In this document: piece after piece, positions 12,627 through 22,235 of the stretch
How positions within the stretch are numbered: the first letter of the stretch is position 1
How the letters are laid out: each line of letters opens with the position of its first letter
Assembly: GCF_000247565.1 (NCBI RefSeq)
Contig: NC_016893.1
Coordinates: 420,001 to 452,000, forward strand
DNA from: Wigglesworthia glossinidia endosymbiont of Glossina morsitans morsitans (Yale colony)
GTDB lineage: Bacteria > Pseudomonadota > Gammaproteobacteria > Enterobacterales > Enterobacteriaceae
Length of the DNA stretch: 32,000 bases
Direction of reading: 5' to 3'
Translations under genes and position numbers: made by a program
Notes under the pieces: model-generated
What the model was told of the DNA's origin: nothing
What the model saw: only the letters and a program-made list of their open reading frames with translations
Databases searched by the model: none

Positions 12627-13520
12627 TTATTTCAAGAAATAATCGTATGAATGAGATCGAATTTTTATAATCCTATGCAATATAGATATGTTAGATCCTT
12701 TACTAATAAAAGCACGTATGTATTTCGGCAGTTTTTGTAAAATAATACGGGCTTTCTTTTCAGAACTAAATTCAGCAAATATACATCCTCCTGTACCAGT
12801 TAAACGAAATTTTGCATATTTAGAACAATTTTCAATCAATTTATTTATAGTACAAAAATTTTTTTTTACTATAGCTTCAAAATCATTCACGAAAGGTTTT
12901 TGCAAATATTGATTAAAAGTTTTTACGACAGTAAAATTTTTTTCAGAAAATTTATTAAATACAGATTGAGTAGATATTTTTATTGGAGGTATAATAATTA
13001 TATACCACTTTAATGGGAGATTTACTGAAGATAATTTCTCCCCAATACCTTCAGCAAATGCAGATTTACCGTATATAAAAACTGGTACATCAGCACCTAT
13101 TTGTAATCCTAAATTTGCTAAAGTTTTCAAACTTAGTTGACATCTCCAATGAAAATTTAGAGCAATTAATGTAGTTGCAGCATTCGATGATCCACCGCCT
13201 AAACCGCTTCCTAAAGGAATTTTTTTTTTGACATAAATATCTGCGCCAAAAATTTTTTGATTTTTCTTTCTTTTCATAAAATTTTGTAATAATTTAGCAG
13301 CTTTTAATATTAAATTGTTTTGACGATGTATACCCTGAATAGTATTAATTAACGTAATTTTTTTATTTAATGTAGAATTAATAATCAAAATGTCACTATA
13401 TTCAAGAAATCTAAATAAAGTTTGAATATAGTGATATCCATCAGAACGTCGACCTACAACAGATAAAAATAAATTTATTTTTGCAGGAGAAGGCCAATTA
13501 TATTTTTTTAATATATCCAA
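12627..13520 (-). CDS. ispE: 4-diphosphocytidyl-2-C-methyl-D-erythritol kinase
   Basis: WPSPAKINLFLSVVGRRSDGYH, PLGSGLGGGSSNAAT GHMP-kinase motif. Track ORF runs to 13622, but homology begins near NWPSPAKI. An in-frame TTG at 13520..13518 is a plausible start; the exact start is uncertain. Confidence 0.93.
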   Translation of the reverse strand: MDILKKYNWPSPAKINLFLSVVGRRSDGYHYIQTLFRFLEYSDILIINSTLNKKITLINTIQGIHRQNNLILKAAKLLQNFMKRKKNQKIFGADIYVKKKIPLGSGLGGGSSNAATTLIALNFHWRCQLSLKTLANLGLQIGADVPVFIYGKSAFAEGIGEKLSSVNLPLKWYIIIIPPIKISTQSVFNKFSEKNFTVVKTFNQYLQKPFVNDFEAIVKKNFCTINKLIENCSKYAKFRLTGTGGCIFAEFSSEKKARIILQKLPKYIRAFISKGSNISILHRIIKIRSHSYDYFLK

Positions 13521-14118
13521 CGATAAATTTTTATGTTTATAAAATCTTTCTTGTGAAATAATTTTATTTTTTTTGGAAAAACTGTTGGTGTGTTGTAGTA
13601 TTCTATATATTGAATTTCCCATATTTCTTTTGAATTCATATATTTTGCATTTTTTAAATTACCATGATGATCGTATTTAATGTTAAATACATTTTTTGGA
13701 GCGCCTAGAATTAAATTATGAATATCGTTTAATGGAATTGAATATCCGAAAAATTTTTTAATCATGCTTTCTAAATCATGACTAGTATAACGTTTTTCTT
13801 GATTGTAAATCATTTCTGTATAACTTGGATATATGTTGAATATTACTTTAATACTGCTAAACGCATGGTGTAGTATTAATTGATAATACATATTATTTTT
13901 TTTTATTAAAGTAAAATTTAAATTTAATGTATCTTTTTCAGAATTAAAAAAAAACTACCATATATGTGATAATAGGGAAGTTGAGCAAGATTGTTTAAAT
14001 TTTTTTGCGTATCTTTGAAATTTTTATGAATTTCAATTTCTTTATGAAAAATAGAGCATCCAGAAAATAAAACACTTAAAATTAAAAAAAAATGTAAAAT
14101 ATGACGATTATATAACAT
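13508..14118 (-). pseudogene. lolB: Outer-membrane lipoprotein insertion factor LolB, split by a single -1 frameshift in an A9 (minus-strand T9) tract
   Basis: ORF 14118..13924 supplies the lipobox signal (VLFSGC) through YYHIYGSFF. Adding one T to the tract at 13946..13954 gives FNSEKDTLNLNFTLIKKNN running directly into MYYQLILHHAFSSIKVIFN...NQEKRYTSHDLESMIKKFFG..IPLNDIHNLILG of ORF 13891..13508. Restored length about 203 aa. Sits between ispE and hemA as in enterobacteria. May be functional if slippage rescues it. Confidence 0.9.
13946..13954. repeat. A9 homopolymer at the lolB frame break
   Basis: gaatt-AAAAAAAAA-ctacc read directly; frames upstream and downstream differ by one base at this point. 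Confidence 0.95.
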
Positions 14119-14275
14119 AAAGTTTCCTTTAATAAAATTTTTTTAAATTTTTATTTATAAAATTTTAACAATATTAACTATAATAATAAACTTGTATTGT
14201 AATAATAAAAAATATGTAAAAAATTATTTTTAATAAAAATCAATATATCTTTTTAATTAATGAAATAAAAAATTT

Positions 14276-15535
14276 ATGAAATTAGTTGTAATAGGTGTAA
14301 GCTATAAAACTGCACCAATCTCTTTAAGAGAAAAAATGATATTTTCTACCGAACATTTAGATATGTCACTAAACAACTTATTGAAACAAATAAATATTAA
14401 AGGTGGATTAATACTTTCTACTTGCAATCGTATAGAAATTTATTTAAGTGTAAAAAAATTAAACAATTTAAAAAAAATTTTAATAAATTGGTTATATAAA
14501 TTTTATAAGATTGAATTTAAATTTATACGTCATAATATTTATTATTATTTAGATAATCGAGCTATTATACATTTAATGCGTGTAATGAGCGGCTTGGACT
14601 CTATGATTTTGGGAGAGTCACAAATAATTAATCAAGTTAAATCTGCATTTTTTAGATCTTTAAAAAGAAAAAACTTATCAGTAGATATGCAAAAATTATT
14701 TGAAAGAGTATTTGCTGTATCGAAAAAAATTCGCACACAAACTAAAATTGGATCATATTCAATATCAATATCTTATGCAATATACATATTATTAAAAAAT
14801 AAATTTCAATCTTTAACCGAAATTCAAATATTATTAATAGGATCGGGAAAGATTAGCACTTTAGTAGCAAAACAACTATATCAATATAATGTAAAAAAAA
14901 TTTTTATTGCAAATCGTACATTGCAACATGCAAAAAATTTAGCTTTAAAAATTAATGGTTTTGCTATTGAACTAAAAAATGTCGCACAATACTTAAGTAA
15001 AGTACACGTTGTTATCACATCAACATCTAGTAGCACACCAATACTATATACTGATACAGTAAGAAATGTGTTGAAAAAAAACAAAAAAATAGTTTTGTTT
15101 ATTGATATTGCTGTTCCTAGAAATATACAATCCAGTATTGGCAATTTACCTAACGCAGATTTATACATTCTAGATGATTTACAAATATTTTTAAACAAAA
15201 ATTTAGAAAAAAGAAAACATGCTGCAATGTTAGCAGAAAACATTATAAAACAAGAAAGCATAAAATTATCGCAGTGGCTACAAGGTTATTCTGCAGCTAA
15301 AATAATACAAGAATACAGAAATCAGATAGAACAAGTAAAAAAAATATATGAAAATCGTGCATTAATGGAATTAAAAATTGGTATAAATCCTGAAATTATT
15401 ATTAAAAAAATTATTTATAAACTTACTAATCGATTAATGCATAATTCCACAAAATTATTATATAATACAGCTTTTTCTCAAAAAAATGATGCTTTAAAGA
15501 TTTTATATAATCATTTAAAATTAAAGTTACATTGA
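14276..15535 (+). CDS. hemA: Glutamyl-tRNA reductase
   Basis: GVSYKTAPISLREK, STCNRIEIY, LDSMILGESQIINQVKSAF; divergent from lolB as in enterobacteria. Confidence 0.97.
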   Translation: MKLVVIGVSYKTAPISLREKMIFSTEHLDMSLNNLLKQINIKGGLILSTCNRIEIYLSVKKLNNLKKILINWLYKFYKIEFKFIRHNIYYYLDNRAIIHLMRVMSGLDSMILGESQIINQVKSAFFRSLKRKNLSVDMQKLFERVFAVSKKIRTQTKIGSYSISISYAIYILLKNKFQSLTEIQILLIGSGKISTLVAKQLYQYNVKKIFIANRTLQHAKNLALKINGFAIELKNVAQYLSKVHVVITSTSSSTPILYTDTVRNVLKKNKKIVLFIDIAVPRNIQSSIGNLPNADLYILDDLQIFLNKNLEKRKHAAMLAENIIKQESIKLSQWLQGYSAAKIIQEYRNQIEQVKKIYENRALMELKIGINPEIIIKKIIYKLTNRLMHNSTKLLYNTAFSQKNDALKILYNHLKLKLH

Positions 15536-15575
15536 AATATTAAGAATTTATTTATAATAAATATTTGGATTTATA

Positions 15576-16655
15576 ATGCATAAATCAATAATGTCAAAAT
15601 TAAAAATTCTAAGTAATAGATATAAAGAACTTAATCAAATGTTAAGCAATCCGAATATTATTGCAGATAAAAGTCAATTTTTATCTTTATCAAAAGAACA
15701 TTCAAAATTAAGTATACTAGAATATTATTTCAATTCCTGGAAAGAATTAAATCAAGAAATTCAATCTTTAAAATCTATGTTATCAAATGAAGAATTATAT
15801 AACCTTGTACAAGACGAATTAAATATTACTTACATAAAAATTAAAAAAGTAGAAAAAAAAATTATTTTATTTCTTGTTCCTCAAAATTATTCAAGTAAAT
15901 ATAATTGTTTTTTAGAAATTCGTGCAGGTACAGGAGGAGGCGAAGCTGCTTTATTTGTCAAAGATTTATGCCGCATGTATATACGATTTTCTGAAATGCA
16001 ATCTTGGGAGACAAAAATTATTCATTCTAATTATTCAGAATACGGAGGATACAAAGAAATTATTATCAAAATATGTAATAAAGAAGCATATTCAAAATTA
16101 CAATTTGAATCAGGCGGTCATCGCGTGCAAAGAATACCTGCAACAGAATCACAAGGACGTATTCACACTTCTACATGTACGGTAGCTATCATGCCAGAAA
16201 TGTCAGAATTAAAATTGCCTAAAATTAAATCATCTGATTTACGAATCGATACATTTCGTTCTTCTGGAGCTGGTGGACAACATATTAATACCACAGATTC
16301 AGCAATCCGAATTACGCATATTCCAACTAATACAGTTGTAGAATGTCAGGATGAAAGATCTCAACATAAAAATAAATCAAGAGCTATGTCTGTATTAACA
16401 GCAAGATTACAAACGAATTTGTTAAAAAATAGAAAACAAAGTGAATCTCAAGTACGTCGAAATTTACTAGGTACCGGTGATAGGTCAGATCGTATTCGTA
16501 CTTATAATTTTACACAAGGCAGAATTACTGATCACCGATTAAATTTGACAATATATAAACTCAATGAAATTATGGAAGGTAATTTAAATTTATTAATTGA
16601 TCCAATTATGAAAAAATATCGTGATAAAGAAATTGAAAAATTTCTACAAAAATGA
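15576..16655 (+). CDS. prfA: Peptide chain release factor 1
   Basis: GGQ motif [21 protein letters not shown] and PAT motif [19 protein letters not shown]. Confidence 0.98.
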   Translation: MHKSIMSKLKILSNRYKELNQMLSNPNIIADKSQFLSLSKEHSKLSILEYYFNSWKELNQEIQSLKSMLSNEELYNLVQDELNITYIKIKKVEKKIILFLVPQNYSSKYNCFLEIRAGTGGGEAALFVKDLCRMYIRFSEMQSWETKIIHSNYSEYGGYKEIIIKICNKEAYSKLQFESGGHRVQRIPATESQGRIHTSTCTVAIMPEMSELKLPKIKSSDLRIDTFRSSGAGGQHINTTDSAIRITHIPTNTVVECQDERSQHKNKSRAMSVLTARLQTNLLKNRKQSESQVRRNLLGTGDRSDRIRTYNFTQGRITDHRLNLTIYKLNEIMEGNLNLLIDPIMKKYRDKEIEKFLQK

Positions 16656-16662
16656 AATAAAT

Positions 16663-17508
16663 ATGATAACGTGGAATTCTTGGGTACAACAAGCCATCTC
16701 AGTATTGCGTGCATTTAAAAAAAGTTCTCCAGAAAAAGAGGCAGAAATTCTATTGAAACATGTTCTTAATATTGATTATGCAAAAATAATCGCTTATGGA
16801 GAAAGAAATTTAACGTATACACAACATATTTTTTTAAATACTTTATTATTTAAAAGAATATTAGGAGAACCTATATCGTATTTAGTAAATGCTTGTGAAT
16901 TTTGGTCTATAGATTTATATATCACTTCTGGTGTATTTATTCCAAGATCAGATACCGAACGTTTAGTAGAATTAGCGCTGTCTTTGTCATTGTCAAAAAA
17001 CGCTAACGTTTTAGATCTTGGAAGCGGCAGCGGAGCAATTGCACTAGCGCTCGGATTAGAAAATCCTATGTGGAATATTACTGGAATCGACAAAAACAAT
17101 AAAGCTGTTCAAATTTCCAAAAAGAATGCTGTTAAACTTAAAATAAAAAATGTAACCTTTAAAAAAGGCAACTGGGAAAAACTCCAGAAAAAAAAACATT
17201 ATTCAATGATTGTTAGTAATCCTCCATATATTGCACAAAAAGATCCGCATTTATTTACAACAGATTTAAAATTTGAACCGAAATCTGCATTAATTTCTGG
17301 ATCAGATGGACTTAAAGATATAAAAATAATTTGTAAAATAGCTAAAAATCATCTAAAAAATCGCGGTTGGTTGTTAATCGAGCATGGATTTCAACAAGCA
17401 CGTAAAGTACGCAAAATTTTATTAATAGAAGGATATCATCTAATTTGTACTCATTTAGATTATAGAGGTCATGATCGCATTACTCAGGGAATGTGGATGA
17501 AAATTTAA
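16663..17508 (+). CDS. prmC: Release factor glutamine methyltransferase
   Basis: NPPY motif (IVSNPPYIAQ), DLGSGSGAIALAL. The track start at 16621 overlaps prfA; Met at 16663 (MITWNSWVQQAI) better matches the family N-terminus. Confidence 0.95.
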   Translation: MITWNSWVQQAISVLRAFKKSSPEKEAEILLKHVLNIDYAKIIAYGERNLTYTQHIFLNTLLFKRILGEPISYLVNACEFWSIDLYITSGVFIPRSDTERLVELALSLSLSKNANVLDLGSGSGAIALALGLENPMWNITGIDKNNKAVQISKKNAVKLKIKNVTFKKGNWEKLQKKKHYSMIVSNPPYIAQKDPHLFTTDLKFEPKSALISGSDGLKDIKIICKIAKNHLKNRGWLLIEHGFQQARKVRKILLIEGYHLICTHLDYRGHDRITQGMWMKI

Positions 17509-17601
17509 TAAAATTAATTTAAAGAAATGTATAAGTCGTATACATATAAATTTTCTGTGATAGAAACAAATTAATGCTTAAACTAAACAAGTTAAAAAAT
17601 T

Positions 17602-18450
17602 TTGAATATAAATAAAAACAAAATTATTCTTTCTTTAGAAGATACTAAAATATCTAATCATCTTCCAATAGTTGTATTTGGAGGGATCAATGTTTTAGAA
17701 GATTATGATACTACTGCAATGGTCTGTGAAAAATTTATAACAATAACAAAAAAATTAAATATGTCATTTATTTTTAAAGCATCTTTTGATAAAGCTAATC
17801 GCTCCTCTATTTACTCATATCGAGGACCTGGTTTAAAAAAAAGCATAGAAATTTTTTCTAAAATAAAATCAAAATTTAATGTAAAAATCATGACAGATAT
17901 ACACGAACCAAATCAAGCGCATAAAATAGCAGAAGTAGTAGATATTATTCAAATCCCAGCTTTTTTGGCTCGACAAACTGATTTGATTCAATCAGCAGCA
18001 CAAACAAATAAAATAATAAATATTAAAAAGCCACAGTTTATTTCTCCTGAGCAAATATACTATATTGTAGAAAAAATAATTCAATCAGGCAACTCTAAAA
18101 TTATTTTATGCGAACGTGGTACTACTTTTGGATATAACAATTTAATTGTAGATATGTTAGGATTAGATACCATGAAAAAAATATCCGGTGGTTATCCAGT
18201 GATGTTAGATATTACACATGCATTACAAATGCGAGAAAAATTTAGTCCGATATCTCATGGAAAAATTTCGCAAATCCATGTACTTGCACGCTCAGGAGTT
18301 GCAGTAGGGATTTCCAGCATACTAATTGAAACACATCCAGAACCAAAAAAAGCTCGATGTGATGGTCCTTGTGCATTACCACTGAAAAATCTTGAATTGC
18401 TTCTTACAGAAATTAAACATATAGATAACATTGTTAAATCTATCGTATAA
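17602..18450 (+). CDS. kdsA: 3-deoxy-8-phosphooctulonate (KDO-8-P) synthase
   Basis: FGGINVLE, FKASFDKANRSS, CERGTTFGYNNLIVDM, DITHALQ. Confidence 0.97.
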   Translation: MNINKNKIILSLEDTKISNHLPIVVFGGINVLEDYDTTAMVCEKFITITKKLNMSFIFKASFDKANRSSIYSYRGPGLKKSIEIFSKIKSKFNVKIMTDIHEPNQAHKIAEVVDIIQIPAFLARQTDLIQSAAQTNKIINIKKPQFISPEQIYYIVEKIIQSGNSKIILCERGTTFGYNNLIVDMLGLDTMKKISGGYPVMLDITHALQMREKFSPISHGKISQIHVLARSGVAVGISSILIETHPEPKKARCDGPCALPLKNLELLLTEIKHIDNIVKSIV

Positions 18451-18496
18451 TTTAATTTGAAAATATTAATTTTAAAATTTAAATCGTTATAAAATA

Positions 18497-19300
18497 ATGA
18501 ACAATCAATTAAAAATTATAAAAAAATTTAAAGTAAAACCTGTTTTTGATGCAAAAACAGAATTTAAAAAAATTAAAAATTTTTTAACAGCATATTTAAA
18601 AAAATTTACTGAATTAAAAACATTAGTATTAGGTATTAGTGGAGGCCAAGATTCTACATTAACCGGAAAAATTTGCCAAGAAGCAATTAATGATTTAAAA
18701 TACGATTGTGCGTTGAACTATCAATTCATTGCAGTACGCTTACCTTATGGTATTCAGTATGATGAAGAAGATTGCAAATTAGCTATAAATTTTATAAACC
18801 CCGATCAAGTAGTAACTATCAACATTAAATCTGCAGTAGAATCACGTATTATTTCTTTGCAAAAAGCCGGCTTTAATATCACTGAACATTTAAAAGGCAA
18901 TGAAAAATCAAGAGAACGCATGAAAATACAATATAGTATTGCAGGTGCTACTTCTGGTTTAGTAGTGGGTACATGTCATGCATCTGAAGCAATTACTGGA
19001 TTTTTCACAAAATATGGAGATTCTTCTTCTGATATTTCTCCTATATTGCACTTAAATAAACGTCAAGGTAAAAGCATGCTTCAATATTTGAGCTGTCCTC
19101 AACGCTTATACTTAAAACCACCTAGTGCTGATTTAAATGAAAACTATCCAGGATATCCTGACGAATTTGCTCTTGGAATTAGTTATGATATGATTGATGA
19201 TTACTTAGAAGGTAAAACAATTAATAAAAAAACAGCTAAAATTATCGAAGATTTATATTATAATACGCAACACAAACGCAATTTTCCGATATGTATATAA
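18497..19300 (+). CDS. nadE: NH3-dependent NAD+ synthetase
   Basis: LGISGGQDSTLTGKICQ, RLPYGIQYDEEDC, HASEAITGFFTKYGD. Confidence 0.96.
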   Translation: MNNQLKIIKKFKVKPVFDAKTEFKKIKNFLTAYLKKFTELKTLVLGISGGQDSTLTGKICQEAINDLKYDCALNYQFIAVRLPYGIQYDEEDCKLAINFINPDQVVTINIKSAVESRIISLQKAGFNITEHLKGNEKSRERMKIQYSIAGATSGLVVGTCHASEAITGFFTKYGDSSSDISPILHLNKRQGKSMLQYLSCPQRLYLKPPSADLNENYPGYPDEFALGISYDMIDDYLEGKTINKKTAKIIEDLYYNTQHKRNFPICI

Positions 19301-19371
19301 AAATTTTAAATATAATCTATACAGAGTATAAAAAAATTTTCTAGTAAATTTTTTATATTAAGGAACAACTT

Positions 19372-20766
19372 ATGTCAAATTTTAGAGAAGAAAAAGATTT
19401 TTTTGGAATAATTGCGATACCAAAAGAAAGTTTATGGGGCTCTCATACGCAAAGATCTTTAAAAAACTTTAATATTTCTACAGAAATTGTACCATACGAA
19501 TTTATTCATGCTTTAGCGCAGGTGAAATATGCTGCTACAAAAGTTAATAAAGAACTAAATCTATTAAATGTAAATAAAGCAGATGCAATTTTAAAAGCTA
19601 TCAAAAAAATATTATCAGGAAAATATTCAAACAGTTTTCCATTAAAAATTTGGCAAACTGGTTCTGGCACACAAACTAATATGAACATTAACGAGGTTAT
19701 TGCAAATATCGCTATAAAAATATTAGGTGGAAATTATGGAGATTATTCTATAATACATCCAAACGACCATGTTAATAAAAGTCAAAGCTCTAATGATGTT
19801 TTTCCGACTGCTATGCATATATCTGCAATCACTGCTTTAAAAAATAATTTATTGCCAAATATTCAAGATCTGATTGATACCTTAACTAAAAAATCAATAC
19901 AATTTGACAATATTATTAAAGTTGGACGTACTCATTTGCAAGACGCTGTACCTTTAACTTTAGGACAAGAAATTTCTGCTTGGAAATATATGTTGCAAAA
20001 AAGTATTTTTCATATTCAAAATACTATTTCTCATTTGTCTGAAATAGCGTTAGGAGGTACTGCAGTAGGCACAGGATTAAATGCTCATAAATTGTATCCA
20101 AAAAAAACAGCTGAAATTTTATCGAAATTAACTAATCATGAATTTACCACTTCACCTAATAAATTTGAATCTTTAAGTACATGCGATGCTTTAGTACATT
20201 CCCACGGTGCTTTAAAGGGTTTATCAGCGTCTATGATGAAAATTGCTAATGATATTCGGTGGTTATCTTCTGGTCCAAGATGCGGTATAGGCGAGTTATT
20301 AATTCCAGAAAATGAACCAGGTAGTTCTATTATGCCAGGAAAAATTAATCCTACACAATGTGAATCTATGACAATGATATGCTGTCAAGTTTTTGGAAAC
20401 GATACTTCAATAAATATTGGTGGAGCATCTGGAAATTTTCAATTAAACGTATTTAGACCGATGATTATTTATAACTTTTTGCAATCTGTCAGGCTTCTTT
20501 CAGATGGAATTTGCAGTTTTAACAAAAATTGCGTTTTAGGGATTCAACCAAATAAAGAAAAAATTGATAAATTTTTAAAAAAATCACTGATGTTAGTAAC
20601 TGCTTTAACACCACATATCGGATATGATAAATCTGCTAAAATTGCAAAATTAGCACATAAAAAAAATTTTACTTTAAAGGAAGCTTGCATAAAGTTAGGT
20701 TATCTATCAGAAAATGAATTTGATAAATTAATATGTTTAAAAAAAATGATTAAAATGAAAAATTAA
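19372..20766 (+). CDS. fumC: Class II fumarate hydratase
   Basis: GSGTQTNMNINEV, GRTHLQDAVPLTLGQE, GSSIMPGKINPTQCE signature. Confidence 0.97.
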   Translation: MSNFREEKDFFGIIAIPKESLWGSHTQRSLKNFNISTEIVPYEFIHALAQVKYAATKVNKELNLLNVNKADAILKAIKKILSGKYSNSFPLKIWQTGSGTQTNMNINEVIANIAIKILGGNYGDYSIIHPNDHVNKSQSSNDVFPTAMHISAITALKNNLLPNIQDLIDTLTKKSIQFDNIIKVGRTHLQDAVPLTLGQEISAWKYMLQKSIFHIQNTISHLSEIALGGTAVGTGLNAHKLYPKKTAEILSKLTNHEFTTSPNKFESLSTCDALVHSHGALKGLSASMMKIANDIRWLSSGPRCGIGELLIPENEPGSSIMPGKINPTQCESMTMICCQVFGNDTSINIGGASGNFQLNVFRPMIIYNFLQSVRLLSDGICSFNKNCVLGIQPNKEKIDKFLKKSLMLVTALTPHIGYDKSAKIAKLAHKKNFTLKEACIKLGYLSENEFDKLICLKKMIKMKN

Positions 20767-21005
20767 ATATTTTTTTAGAAAACTAAAATTAAATTTTTAG
20801 AAACATTTAAATTTTTATTAATGCTTTATAATAAATTTTTTTTATGTACATTAATCAAAAAATTGTCCCGAAAAAATTTTCTAATTTTTTAATTTAATAC
20901 AAAATTAAATAAAATTTTTAAAAAAGTTAAAAAAATTTAATTTTACAAAAAAAAAATATAGTTTAAAATTTTAATATGTATATTTTCAAGCATATCACAA
21001 ACAAT

Positions 21006-21560
21006 ATGAAACAATTTTTTTTCATTTTTTTAATTTTTTTTAATTTTATTAATTCAAATGTTGTATTAAGTGCAAATTGTTATACAGATCCTAATTCAAT
21101 TCGCATTGGATTTTCTCCAGGAAACACTGCACAAAAAATTATATTAGATGCAATAAAAGAGTCTTCGATATCTATCGATATCGCAGCATATTCATTTACA
21201 AGTAAATTAATCAGTTTAGCGCTAATGGATGCTGAACATCGTGGAGTAAAAATTAGAGTTTTAGCAGATAAAAAATCAAATAGCGGAAAATACACTGCAG
21301 TGACATATTTATCTAATCATAAAATTCCAGTCAGATTAAATGACAAATATTCTATTATGCATAATAAATTTATGATTATTGATCATAAATCAGTACAAAC
21401 TGGATCATTTAATTATACACAAAGTGCAGCAAACAAAAATGCGGAAAATGTAATTTTTATAAAAAATAGCGCAGAAATTGCAGAAAAATATGAACTAGAA
21501 TTTAATAGATTATGGAACGAAGCATTAGAACAACATAAAAATTATTTAATAAACAAATAA
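21006..21560 (+). CDS. Putative exported phospholipase-D-superfamily nuclease (Nuc-like, single HKD motif)
   Basis: Met at 21006 starts a signal-peptide-like segment MKQFFFIFLIFFNFINSNVVLSA. HKD motif IMHNKFMIIDHKSVQTGSFNYTQSA followed by NAENV. Track ORF starts at 20976. Confidence 0.85.
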   Translation: MKQFFFIFLIFFNFINSNVVLSANCYTDPNSIRIGFSPGNTAQKIILDAIKESSISIDIAAYSFTSKLISLALMDAEHRGVKIRVLADKKSNSGKYTAVTYLSNHKIPVRLNDKYSIMHNKFMIIDHKSVQTGSFNYTQSAANKNAENVIFIKNSAEIAEKYELEFNRLWNEALEQHKNYLINK

Positions 21561-21599
21561 GTAAATTTACAACTATATATTGAAAAATTAATTTGTTAA

Positions 21600-22235
21600 A
21601 TGAAAAAAAAAATAATTTCTACTATTTTTTTAAGATTAAAAAAAAATATTCCCAATCCAGAAATTGAACTAAAATTTTCATCTAATTTTGAGCTTTTAAT
21701 AGCTGTTTTGTTGTCTGCAAAATCAAAAGACGTTCAAGTAAATAAAATTACTAAAAAATTATTTAATCAAGCTAATAATCCTAAAAAAATGTTACGCTTG
21801 GGTAAGCAAAAAATTATGGATTGTATCCGATCCATTGGGTTATATAAAAAAAAAACTGAATATATAATACGAGCTTGCCAAATTTTAATAAAAAACTTTC
21901 GCGGCAATATTCCAAATAATAGATCCGACTTAGAGTCGCTTCCAGGAATTGGCAGAAAAAGTGCAAATGTTATACTAAATGTTGCATTTCATCAAAATAC
22001 TATCGGCGTAGATACCCATGTTTTTCGAGTAAGTAATCGATTAGGATTATCAAAATCAAATAATCTTAGATTTATTGAAAATCAGCTGATTTCTAATATT
22101 CCAAAAAAATTTGTTTTAAATAGTCATATGTGGCTTGTATTACATGGAAAATATACATGTAAATCTAAAAATCCTTTATGTAAAAGTTGCATTTTAAATG
22201 ATTTATGCCTGTATCATCAAAATGATATATTTTAA
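21600..22235 (+). CDS. nth: Endonuclease III
   Basis: LPGIGRKSANVILN helix-hairpin-helix, VDTHVFRVSNRLG, C-terminal 4Fe-4S cysteines C..C..C..C (CKSKNPLCKSCILNDLC). Confidence 0.97.
   Translation: MKKKIISTIFLRLKKNIPNPEIELKFSSNFELLIAVLLSAKSKDVQVNKITKKLFNQANNPKKMLRLGKQKIMDCIRSIGLYKKKTEYIIRACQILIKNFRGNIPNNRSDLESLPGIGRKSANVILNVAFHQNTIGVDTHVFRVSNRLGLSKSNNLRFIENQLISNIPKKFVLNSHMWLVLHGKYTCKSKNPLCKSCILNDLCLYHQNDIF

Noticed and set aside
13508-14118. Two separate small genes, a tiny lipoprotein (13924..14118) and a hypothetical protein (13508..13891)
   Set aside because: Restoring one base in the A9 tract joins them into a single LolB reading frame of normal length in its normal gene neighbourhood.
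20767-20975. AT-rich spacer upstream of the PLD nuclease as a possible mobile-element scar
   Set aside because: No terminal repeats, transposase remnant or target-site duplication visible; it looks like ordinary A/T-rich spacer.
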